Assembly (NCBI GenBank): GCA_017608775.1
Contig: JAFCFF010000001.1
Coordinates: 1 to 33,248, forward strand
Direction: 5' to 3'
Source: Candidatus Iainarchaeum sp.
GTDB taxonomy: Archaea > Iainarchaeota > Iainarchaeia > Iainarchaeales > JAFCFF01
DNA: 33,248 bases
Shown here: in pieces, positions 1 to 6,817 of the stretch
Numbering within the stretch: position 1 is the stretch's first letter
How the letters are laid out: every line of letters starts with the position of its first letter
Notes under the pieces: generated by a model
Seen by the model: the letters and a program-made list of their open reading frames with translations, nothing else
Told to the model about the DNA's origin: nothing
Databases searched by the model: none
Program-made: the position numbers and the translations under genes

Positions 1-138
1 TGAAATATTGGCTCTTTTTTTTTTTTGTTCCTTGATAAATGGCTCCTCAAACCCCGCTTCTGTGTTTACTATGCCAAGACACACAACAGAACCCGAGGGG
101 ATCTCCTCAACCAAGACCTTTATCAGGGAACGATACAT
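1..138 (-). CDS. Unidentified protein, N-terminal 46 codons only (gene runs off the left edge)
   Basis: ATG at 138-136 (minus strand) opens a frame with no stop to position 1: MYRSLIKVLVEEIPSGSVVCLGIVNTEAGFEEPFIKEQKKKRANIS. A TATA-like AGGCTTTTAT (minus-strand reading of 161-170) lies ~23 nt upstream and mirrors the box in front of the divergent gene at 254. No family recognised. Plus-strand frame 2 is also open here, so the strand call is tentative. Confidence 0.4.
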   Translation of the reverse strand, partial: MYRSLIKVLVEEIPSGSVVCLGIVNTEAGFEEPFIKEQKKKRANIS

Positions 139-160
139 AGAAGAGAAATAAGAAAAGAAA

Positions 161-170
161 ATAAAAGCCT
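161..170 (-). promoter_or_regulatory. TATA-like box for the leftward gene (reads AGGCTTTTAT on the minus strand)
   Basis: 10-nt exact inverted copy of 219-228. It lies ~23 nt from the minus-strand ATG at 138, and no SD lies between them, which suggests a leaderless mRNA. Confidence 0.4.
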
Positions 171-218
171 TTTCAAAAAATAAGTTTTGCTTCCCAGAAA
201 ATTAAAAAGATAAAAGAA

Positions 219-228
219 AGGCTTTTAT
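219..228 (+). promoter_or_regulatory. TATA-like box (AGGCTTTTAT) for the DAC-domain gene
   Basis: TTTTATA-type box ~26 nt upstream of ATG 254. No SD precedes the ATG (ctcttcggaATG), consistent with a leaderless or near-leaderless transcript. Confidence 0.45.
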
Positions 229-253
229 AGGAAAATAAGTTTTTCTCTTCGGA

Positions 254-937
254 ATGGTTAAAAAAACACAGGAGTTGATGCAGGTAAGGCTTGAAGAAGG
301 CAAGAGCGACATTGAAACCCTCAAGAAAACTGAAAAGAAGGCATTGGAGGTTGCTATTGCCATAGCCCATGATAAGGCAGGAAGTATAATAGTTGTTGGG
401 GACACCCAAAGCTACTCGATGCATTTTCCAAACTTTTTTCATGGAAAAAAAGTCTATATTTTTGACAAGGGAATGGTAGAGGTCTTAAGAAGACTGGGGG
501 AGATAGACGGGGCCTTGATAATAGCACCAAACGGAAGGATAATGGCCTATGGTACGCGTTTGCTAAAACAAAAAACAATGAAGGGAAAAGGAACAAGACA
601 TGCTGCTGCCTTTGGAATAAGTGAAGAGGAGGGAGTCACAGCAATTTTAATAAGTGAGGAAGACAACAACATAAAGATATTCAAGAAAGGTAAGCTTATC
701 TTAGAGATAAACCCATACAGCAAAAACATCGAGGACAACATAACAAAAATCGTGGATCTAATCAACAACCCAACCATAGCTGTTTTAGCGGGAGCAAGCG
801 TTGCAGCACCCATACTGGGAATAACTTTTGTTCCTGGAATTATTGTGTTTACCGGAAGCTACTATATAGCAAAGTCTCTTTTTGAACTTCTTAAAAACTT
901 TGAAAGAAACTTTCTAAAAAGAAGAAGGTTGTTTTAG
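254..937 (+). CDS. DAC (DisA_N) domain protein, putative diadenylate cyclase with a C-terminal membrane anchor
   Basis: 227 aa. It carries the DAC hallmarks GSIIVVG, DGALII (DGA motif, aa 85-87) and GTRHAAAFGISEE...ILISEE (RHR-type motif, here RHA). A hydrophobic stretch NPTIAVLAGASVAAPILGITFVPGIIVFTGSYYIAKSLF (aa ~172-210) is followed by a basic tail KRRRLF. Confidence 0.8.
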   Translation: MVKKTQELMQVRLEEGKSDIETLKKTEKKALEVAIAIAHDKAGSIIVVGDTQSYSMHFPNFFHGKKVYIFDKGMVEVLRRLGEIDGALIIAPNGRIMAYGTRLLKQKTMKGKGTRHAAAFGISEEEGVTAILISEEDNNIKIFKKGKLILEINPYSKNIEDNITKIVDLINNPTIAVLAGASVAAPILGITFVPGIIVFTGSYYIAKSLFELLKNFERNFLKRRRLF

Positions 938-951
938 CTTGTTGTTTAGTA

Positions 952-1025
952 TGCCCCGGCCGGGATTCGAACCCGGGTCTCGGCCTCGAGAGGGCCGAAT
1001 CATTAACCAACTAGACCACCGGGGC
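952..1025 (-). tRNA. tRNA-Glu (anticodon CUC)
   Basis: Minus-strand reading folds by hand as GCCCCGG-UG-GUCU..UGAU-U-CGGCC-CUCUCGA-GGCCG-AGAC-CCGGG-UUCGAAU-CCCGG-CCGGGGC-A. This gives a 74-nt cloverleaf with a 7-nt anticodon loop containing CUC. No encoded CCA. Confidence 0.92.
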
Positions 1026-1115
1026 CTCAAACAAACTAGAAAAAGAAAAACATTAAAAATAGAAATTTAAAGGAGTGGGAAGGAAAACCAATAAAAAATA
1101 GTAAAGTGTCTTGTG

Positions 1116-1292
1116 CTAATATTCTTCCTCTTTTTGAGGAGGCTCTTCATCCTCAAATTCCTCTTGCATTTCTTCTTCCACTGCCTCTATCTCCTCCTCA
1201 AAGGATTCTTCCTCTCCACACTCAGGACATTTTTCAGGTGGTTTATCTCCCCTATACTCATATCCACAATATATACAAACAAATGTGGGCAT
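1116..1292 (-). CDS. 58-aa zinc-ribbon protein (C6-x2-C9-x12-C22-x2-C25) with an acidic C-terminal tail
   Basis: Hand translation: MPTFVCIYCGYEYRGDKPPEKCPECGEEESFEEEIEAVEEEMQEEFEDEEPPQKEEEY*. A GGAGGT SD lies 6 nt upstream of the ATG (minus-strand reading of 1299-1304). It is below the 60-aa cut-off of the ORF track. The plus-strand ORFs listed at 1106-1318 are its antisense shadows. Confidence 0.75.
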   Translation of the reverse strand: MPTFVCIYCGYEYRGDKPPEKCPECGEEESFEEEIEAVEEEMQEEFEDEEPPQKEEEY

Positions 1293-1406
1293 TTTCCTAC
1301 CTCCAAATAATTAAGTAAAGAAAGATATGTGAAAACTTAAAAATGTTTCATTTATTGGGGAATCTTAGAAAACAGTTGCTTGACAAGACTTATCAATATT
1401 TTAAAA

Positions 1407-1413
1407 TTTATAA
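1407..1413 (+). promoter_or_regulatory. TATA box (TTTATAA) for tRNA-Thr
   Basis: aaaTTTATAAgg ends ~24 nt upstream of tRNA position 1 (1438). The same TTTATAA core and spacing occur upstream of tRNA-Pro. Confidence 0.5.
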
Positions 1414-1437
1414 GGTTATTTTAATTTTATATTAACA

Positions 1438-1509
1438 GCTCCTGTAGCTCAGTGGTAGAGCGCTTCACTGGTAATGAAGAGGTCCTGGGTTCAAGTCCCA
1501 GCAGGAGCT
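1438..1509 (+). tRNA. tRNA-Thr (anticodon GGU)
   Basis: GCUCCUG-UA-GCUC-AGUGGUA-GAGC-G-CUUCA-CUGGUAA-UGAAG-AGGUC-CUGGG-UUCAAGU-CCCAG-CAGGAGC-U. 72 nt, canonical cloverleaf. Confidence 0.95.
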
Positions 1510-1512
1510 TTT

Positions 1513-2061
1513 ATGATAAGAAAGGTAAGGGTTGTAGGAAGAAAAAGTGTTTTTAAGGGGGATAAGTTCAATCTCTTGCTTGAACGCTTTAAAATAGAAA
1601 AAGATGGCAGGGTGTTAGAGGTTGAAAGAGAGGTGGATCATGGGCCTAACACGACAATAATCTTGCCTTTGTTCAAGAATAAAGATATCTTATGCATAAA
1701 AGAATTTAGGTATCCTTTGAGAAAATGGTTTTATGAGTTACCTGCTGGCACAGAGAAAAAAGGAGAGCCAATACTAAAAACAGCAAAAAGAGAGCTTTTG
1801 GAGGAGACAGGATACAAAGCAAAAAAATGGGTTAAGTTAGGGGAGTTTTACTACAGACTGGCAAGAACATCAACAAAAACAACAATATTTTTGGCAGAGA
1901 ACTTGGAAAACATGAGAAAGAAACATTTGGAGAGGTATGAAATGATAAAAACAAAAAGAATGAGTTTAAAAGAGTTTGAAAGGCTTTTTTTGAAAAATAG
2001 AAAGACAGAAGGAAACTTTGTTCTTGCCTATTATCTTGCAAAGGAAAAGGGATTTATATAG
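1513..2061 (+). CDS. Nudix hydrolase (ADP-ribose pyrophosphatase-like)
   Basis: Nudix box GTEKKGEPILKTAKRELLEETGY (G-x5-E-x7-REUxEExGU). The track start at 1474 lies inside tRNA-Thr. The first ATG outside the tRNA is 1513 (MIRKVRVVGRK...). Confidence 0.85.
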   Translation: MIRKVRVVGRKSVFKGDKFNLLLERFKIEKDGRVLEVEREVDHGPNTTIILPLFKNKDILCIKEFRYPLRKWFYELPAGTEKKGEPILKTAKRELLEETGYKAKKWVKLGEFYYRLARTSTKTTIFLAENLENMRKKHLERYEMIKTKRMSLKEFERLFLKNRKTEGNFVLAYYLAKEKGFI

Positions 2062-2082
2062 TATGGGGCTTGTAGTGATAAA

Positions 2083-2832
2083 ATGGAATTGGGCTATTTA
2101 AATATCAAAGATAAAAAAGATGAGAAAGTAATCTTGGATGGCGAAGATGATAAAAGCATTCTTGATTTTTGCATAAAAAGTTTTAATATTCTTGAAGAAA
2201 AACTATTGGAATGGTCAGTAAACCATATTGATAAAAATATTTTTGAAGATGGAAAAAATTTTGAGAAATTTTGGAAAAAAATAAAAGGAAGGGAAGGTAA
2301 AAAAGCTGCTGAAAATTTTTTAGTTGGAATAAAAGATAAAAAAATTGAAAAGCTTTTGTTAGTCTTCTCAAAGATAATACTTTTCAGGAGTTTTTTCTAC
2401 AACAAAACAAGAAAAGAGGGAATAGGGTTTGGAGAAGGGGATCAAATTGTTTTTTATGTAAGTACTCAAAAATGGAAAGCTGTGAGAAAAATTAACTTTG
2501 AAAAAAACACTTTGAAGAAAAATGTTGTTCTGTTCTTTACAAACTTGTTTGCAAGTCTTGAAAGAAAAATTGAGGAAAAGCTCCATAAATTTTTTGGGAA
2601 AGAAAATTTTGAAAATTTTCTAAAAGATATGGAAAAAAGAAAAATAGGTGATTTTAAGGATTTAAGCAATGTCAAAGAAGAAATAAAGGAATTCTTAGAT
2701 GGAAAGATACAAAAAAATTTAGAATTTTTAGCAAATTTTATTATTTTTGTTTTACTTTATAAAAAAGGATTTAAAATTCTATACAAAGAAGCAGAACAAA
2801 AATTAAAAATTCCGAAGGGAACAAAAATATAA
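2083..2832 (+). CDS. Hypothetical Lys/Glu/Phe-rich protein, 249 aa, no recognisable domain
   Basis: Long ORF with an SD-like GTGA 4 nt before the ATG (gtGTGAtaaaATG), the spacing used by neighbouring genes. I recognised no motif. Confidence 0.6.
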   Translation: MELGYLNIKDKKDEKVILDGEDDKSILDFCIKSFNILEEKLLEWSVNHIDKNIFEDGKNFEKFWKKIKGREGKKAAENFLVGIKDKKIEKLLLVFSKIILFRSFFYNKTRKEGIGFGEGDQIVFYVSTQKWKAVRKINFEKNTLKKNVVLFFTNLFASLERKIEEKLHKFFGKENFENFLKDMEKRKIGDFKDLSNVKEEIKEFLDGKIQKNLEFLANFIIFVLLYKKGFKILYKEAEQKLKIPKGTKI

Positions 2833-2894
2833 AGCTTAAAAGAATTGTCTCTGTTTTAATTAGTAATAAAAGAAGAAAAAAGGGGGTAACTAGA

Positions 2895-3050
2895 ATGGTT
2901 GATGGAAGAGGGCGTATGGGCGGCTATGGTCTTGGCCCTGGTGGGGAATGTGTATGTCCAAAATGTGGTTACAGGATGACACATCCAAGAGGAATTCCCT
3001 GCTATAAACAAAAGTGCCCAAAATGCGGAGAATTAATGAAAAGAGCTTAG
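2895..3050 (+). CDS. 51-aa Gly-rich, six-Cys metal-binding mini-protein
   Basis: Hand translation: MVDGRGRMGGYGLGPGGECVCPKCGYRMTHPRGIPCYKQKCPKCGELMKRA*. Cys at 19, 21, 24, 36, 41, 44 and His30. GGGGGT SD upstream. Below the ORF-track cut-off. Confidence 0.7.
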   Translation: MVDGRGRMGGYGLGPGGECVCPKCGYRMTHPRGIPCYKQKCPKCGELMKRA

Positions 3051-3059
3051 TAGATACAA

Positions 3060-3920
3060 ATGAAAAAAATTATTGTAGTAGTTGTTGCAGTTTTTGTAGT
3101 TTTTTTGTTGATTTTGTTTTTTGGCATCAAAAACACATACAAAAAAGAAAAAATGGTTGAAGACATGGGAAGTGAAAAAGAGGTGGAAACAAAAGATAAG
3201 ATAGGTTTAAGCTTGATTACAACTTATGACAACTACAAATTCAACCCAGAACTAAAAACAGGATGGGGATTTTCCTGTTTAATAAAAATAGAAGATAAAA
3301 ACATATTGTTTGACACTGGAGGCGATCATCTAAAGCTTTTATATAACATGGAAAAACTGAAAATAGATCCCAAAAAAATTGATATGGTTGTGTTATCACA
3401 TATACATTGGGATCATGTTGGCGGTCTTGCAGGAATACTAGAAACAAACCCCAATGTTGATGTGTACCTCCCAAAATCCTTTCCGCCCAAGTTTAAGGAG
3501 GAAATAAAGTCATATGGGGCACGTGTTGTAGAAGTTGATAATGCAACAAAAATATTTGATGGAGTTTACACAACTGGCGAACTTGGAACATGGATAAAAT
3601 GGATAAAAGAACAGTCTCTGATTGTTAAGACAGAAAAGGGTTTGGTTGTTGTAACTGGTTGTGCACATCCCGGAGTCGTTAATATTGTTAAGTCAGCAAA
3701 AAAACTAATCAATGATAAAGTATATCTTGTTATTGGGGGGTTTCATTTACTGGCTGCTACTGATCTTAGCTTAAGAAAAATAATAAAAAATTTTAGAGAG
3801 CTTGGTGTAAAAAAAGTGGCACCTTGTCATTGTTCTGGTAACAGAACAAGAAAATTGTTTGAGGAAGAATACAAAAAAGATTTTATAGAAAACGGGGTTG
3901 GAAAAATAGTCAAAATATGA
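3060..3920 (+). CDS. Metallo-beta-lactamase-fold protein (COG1237/MJ0301-like) with an N-terminal signal/anchor helix
   Basis: Motifs HIHWDHVGG (HxHxDH), GCAHPG, GGFHL and CHCSG. The N-terminus is hydrophobic: MKKIIVVVVAVFVVFLLILFFG. Confidence 0.8.
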   Translation: MKKIIVVVVAVFVVFLLILFFGIKNTYKKEKMVEDMGSEKEVETKDKIGLSLITTYDNYKFNPELKTGWGFSCLIKIEDKNILFDTGGDHLKLLYNMEKLKIDPKKIDMVVLSHIHWDHVGGLAGILETNPNVDVYLPKSFPPKFKEEIKSYGARVVEVDNATKIFDGVYTTGELGTWIKWIKEQSLIVKTEKGLVVVTGCAHPGVVNIVKSAKKLINDKVYLVIGGFHLLAATDLSLRKIIKNFRELGVKKVAPCHCSGNRTRKLFEEEYKKDFIENGVGKIVKI

Positions 3921-3982
3921 AGAGTAGTAAAGAGTTTTGCTTGAGAGACAGCAGTAAAATAACATGGGCACAAAATTTAAGA

Positions 3983-3990
3983 TTTATAAA
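3983..3990 (+). promoter_or_regulatory. TATA box (TTTATAAA) for tRNA-Pro
   Basis: gaTTTATAAAtt ends 24 nt upstream of tRNA position 1 (4014). Confidence 0.5.
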
Positions 3991-4013
3991 TTTGCTTCTT
4001 CTTTTTCTTTTTA

Positions 4014-4088
4014 GGGCCTGTGGTGTAGTTTGGTCTAGCATCGGGGCTTTGGGAGCCTCAGACCCCGGTTCAAATCCGGGCAGGCCCA
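4014..4088 (+). tRNA. tRNA-Pro (anticodon UGG)
   Basis: GGGCCUG-UG-GUGU-(11-nt D loop)-GCAU-C-GGGGC-UUUGGGA-GCCUC-AGAC-CCCGG-UUCAAAU-CCGGG-CAGGCCC-A. 75 nt. The track ORF 3917-4102 merely reads through it. Confidence 0.93.
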
Positions 4089-4102
4089 TCCTAAAAAAAT
4101 AG

Positions 4103-5542
4103 TTATTTTTTTGAAATAGTTTCCTCTGATATTTTTTTCTTTTCTTCCTGTCTTTTTTTCTCTATGGATTCAAAAAGAGTTTGGGAAATCTTTGTTGGGT
4201 ATTTTCCTGTTAGACATGCATCACATATTTCGTCTCTTCCGATAGATTTTTTTAGGTTTTCTAGGGTCATGTAAATAACCTCATCAGCACCGATTTCCCC
4301 TGCGATTTCTTCCTCGGTTTTATAGGAGGCCATAAGCTCTGCTCTTGTTTGCATGTCAATACCATAAAAGCAAGGATATCTTATTGGCGGCGTTGTTAAA
4401 AGAAAGTAAACTCTTGAAGCGCCTTGTTTTCTTAACATTGAAATTATTTTTTTTGCTGTTGTGCCCCTAACAAGAGAGTCGTCGATCAAAACGATTTTCT
4501 TTCCCTCAATCTCTTCTTTTATGGGCATTAGTTTTAGCTTTACGGCGTCTTCTCTTTTTGTCTGGCCTGGCATGATAAATGTCCTTCCAACATATCTGTT
4601 TTTCACAAAAACTTCTCTGTATGGCATATCTGTTAGCTCAGCAAAGGCCTGGGCTGCGACTATGGAGGTTGTTGGAACAGGAGTAACAATATCTGCATCT
4701 TTTTTTAATCTTAGCCATTGCAGAGCAAGAAATTTCCCAAGGTTTCTCCTAACACTATAAACAAGTTTTTTCTCAAAATAGTTGTCAGGTCTTGAGAAAT
4801 ATGTGTACTCAAACATGCATGGCTTTGGCTCGGCAGGCACTATTTGTTTTGAGAGGATTTCTCTTTTGTTAAAGGAAATAAAAATTGCCTCTCCTGGTCT
4901 TACATCCCTAGAGTATGAGAAGTCAAGCATATCAAAACACTGAGTTTCAGAGGAAAAAGCAAATTCCTTTCCAAATGGAGTTTCCTTTAACCCAAGAACA
5001 AGAGGCCTTATCCCAAACCTATCTCTAAAGGCAAGCATCCCGTTTTCAAGAACGCAAATAACAGAGTAGGCACCATTTAGCTCAGACATTGTCTCCTCAA
5101 CTGCCTTGAATATATTTTCCTCTGTTGGGGGGGATAGCTTAGAAGAAAAAATTTCCAAAATAAGTTCTGCATCACATCCTGAGGAAGTTTTGTGGGTTTG
5201 AACCAGGTTATGATAGTTTGCGATGTTTCCGTTGTGGCATAAAGCAATCTTTCCTGTTTTTTTGTTTTCCCTTAAAAACGGCTGGGCATCCTCTGCCTTG
5301 CCCCCGCCGACTGTTGGGTATCTTGTCTGTCCTATCGCAACAAATCCCTTTAACTCAGCAACAATTTTTTGTAAAAAAACCTCATCAACATATCCCTTTC
5401 CCTTGTGGGAGTAAAAATTCTTTCCATCAAAAGACACAATCCCGGCAGCATCTTGCCCCCTGTGCTGAAGAAGAAGTAGTGCTTTATAAACGTCGATACT
5501 AGCGTTGTTTCCTAAGGATAAAAAACCAGCAATGCCGCACAT
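4103..5542 (-). CDS. purF: Amidophosphoribosyltransferase (glutamine-PRPP amidotransferase)
   Basis: N-terminal nucleophile motif MCGIAGF. PRPP-binding motif KKIVLIDDSLVRGTT. Fe-S-type Cys residues (CMFEY, CFYGID, CDAC). Two adjacent ATGs (5545 and 5542); MCGIAG from 5542 is preferred. A TATA-like tttaaata (minus-strand reading of 5571-5578) lies ~26 nt upstream. Confidence 0.93.
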   Translation of the reverse strand: MCGIAGFLSLGNNASIDVYKALLLLQHRGQDAAGIVSFDGKNFYSHKGKGYVDEVFLQKIVAELKGFVAIGQTRYPTVGGGKAEDAQPFLRENKKTGKIALCHNGNIANYHNLVQTHKTSSGCDAELILEIFSSKLSPPTEENIFKAVEETMSELNGAYSVICVLENGMLAFRDRFGIRPLVLGLKETPFGKEFAFSSETQCFDMLDFSYSRDVRPGEAIFISFNKREILSKQIVPAEPKPCMFEYTYFSRPDNYFEKKLVYSVRRNLGKFLALQWLRLKKDADIVTPVPTTSIVAAQAFAELTDMPYREVFVKNRYVGRTFIMPGQTKREDAVKLKLMPIKEEIEGKKIVLIDDSLVRGTTAKKIISMLRKQGASRVYFLLTTPPIRYPCFYGIDMQTRAELMASYKTEEEIAGEIGADEVIYMTLENLKKSIGRDEICDACLTGKYPTKISQTLFESIEKKRQEEKKKISEETISKK

Positions 5543-5626
5543 CAAAACCTAAAAAACCTCTCACAAAAAATATTTAAAGGTGTCAATATAATTTGTTTTT
5601 ATTTGTTTTCTTCCTCCATTTTTTTA

Positions 5627-5722
5627 CCCCTCATAGCTCAACGGTAGAGCGCTCGGCTGTAGTCGTTGTTTGCCTAAACGGCAGAAACCGAGAGGTTCCC
5701 GGTCCGAATCCGGGTGAGGGGA
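5627..5722 (+). tRNA. tRNA-Tyr (anticodon GUA) with a 24-nt intron at 37/38 (intron 5663-5686)
   Basis: CCCCUCA-UA-GCUC-AACGGUA-GAGC-G-CUCGG-CUGUAG^[intron]^A-CCGAG-AGGUU-CCCGG-UCCGAAU-CCGGG-UGAGGGG-A. It has the C1:G72 pair typical of archaeal/eukaryal tRNA-Tyr. The intron folds into a hand-checked bulge-helix-bulge motif (see finding). Confidence 0.9.
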
Positions 5723-5738
5723 CTCCACACAACCAAGC

Positions 5739-6779
5739 CTAACCAGGAATTTGTTTGTTTCTTTTCTTTATCATCTCCAAAACAAGGAAAACTATGTCTT
5801 TTGCCTCTTTTCTTATTTTCATTTTTTCTATTATTTTGCTTGCTTTGTTGAGATGATTAATAATTTCTTTTTTCATTTTTTTAGAAACTCCATGTTTTAT
5901 AGCAATTTTTCTAACTCTGTCAAGGGTTTCCCTTCTCTGGGGCTTTCCTAGAACAGATTTCAGAAATTTTTTCTCTTTGGCATTTGCTTTTGTGTATACT
6001 CTCTTGAAAAAAACTGTTGCTCTATCTTCCTTTAGGTCAGAACCGATAGGCTTTTGCAAATATTTTTGTGTTGCAAATATTCCCAACAAATCATCTTGCA
6101 TTTGGAATGCTTTTCCTGCAAGTAATGCAAAACTCCTAAACTCTCCCTTGTAGCCCCCTGTCGCAAGAGCATATCCGACAGATAAAGGCATCTCAAAGCT
6201 GTAAAAGGCAGTTTTATTCAGGGTTGAATAGAAAATTTCTTTTTCAGAAAGAGTTTCTATGTTTGTGGCCTTGTTTGTTATGTCAAGAATTTCTCCAAGT
6301 CCTGTTCTGGAGGCACAATCAAAAGTTGTTTTCAAAGCAAAATATTTGTTTTTGGTTGGAAGCTTTATTTTATCAATACTTTTCAAACAATCAAAAAGAA
6401 GCAAATCACCAAAAATCATTGCCAGCTCTTTTGCTTCTCTATATTTTTTTCTCTTGAGTTGAATATGGAATGTTGGGACGCCTCTCCTTAAATTGTCATT
6501 ATCAACAATATCGTCATGTATCAAAAGAAAATTGTGAATTCCCTCCACCAATGCAAGGATGTGAAGAACAACCTTATAGTTTTTCTTTTTTGTGAGATAT
6601 CCGGCAGCAACAAGCAAAGGCCTTATTCTTTTTCCTCCCTTTGACAAAGAAAGATAAATGTTATAATACTCTGGTAGTTCTTTTTTGTAATGTTGTAGTG
6701 CAAAACGTTTGATTTCTCTGTCTGTGTTTTTTACGATATCCTTAATCAAACTAACTGTTTTTTCCATGTTTTTTTTCAT
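5739..6779 (-). CDS. idsA: Short-chain trans-polyprenyl diphosphate synthase, probably geranylgeranyl diphosphate synthase
   Basis: First Asp-rich motif LLIHDDIVDNDNLRRG, second motif FQMQDDLLG. Phe at position -5 from the first motif suggests a C20 product (inference). Confidence 0.82.
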   Translation of the reverse strand: MKKNMEKTVSLIKDIVKNTDREIKRFALQHYKKELPEYYNIYLSLSKGGKRIRPLLVAAGYLTKKKNYKVVLHILALVEGIHNFLLIHDDIVDNDNLRRGVPTFHIQLKRKKYREAKELAMIFGDLLLFDCLKSIDKIKLPTKNKYFALKTTFDCASRTGLGEILDITNKATNIETLSEKEIFYSTLNKTAFYSFEMPLSVGYALATGGYKGEFRSFALLAGKAFQMQDDLLGIFATQKYLQKPIGSDLKEDRATVFFKRVYTKANAKEKKFLKSVLGKPQRRETLDRVRKIAIKHGVSKKMKKEIINHLNKASKIIEKMKIRKEAKDIVFLVLEMIKKRNKQIPG

Positions 6780-6817
6780 TAAGACTAAAGAGAAATAGAG
6801 GTTTAAAAAAGTTGGGT

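Noticed and set aside
1106-1318. Two plus-strand ORFs of 70 and 65 aa
   Set aside because: They are antisense to the far more convincing 58-aa zinc-ribbon gene, which has a CxxC pair, an SD and a sensible composition.
1474-1512. Track start of the Nudix ORF at 1474 (MKRSWVQVPAGAF...)
   Set aside because: These codons are the 3' half of tRNA-Thr (1438-1509) read as protein. The real start is ATG 1513.
3917-4102. 61-aa plus-strand ORF
   Set aside because: It reads straight through tRNA-Pro (4014-4088), so it is not a gene.
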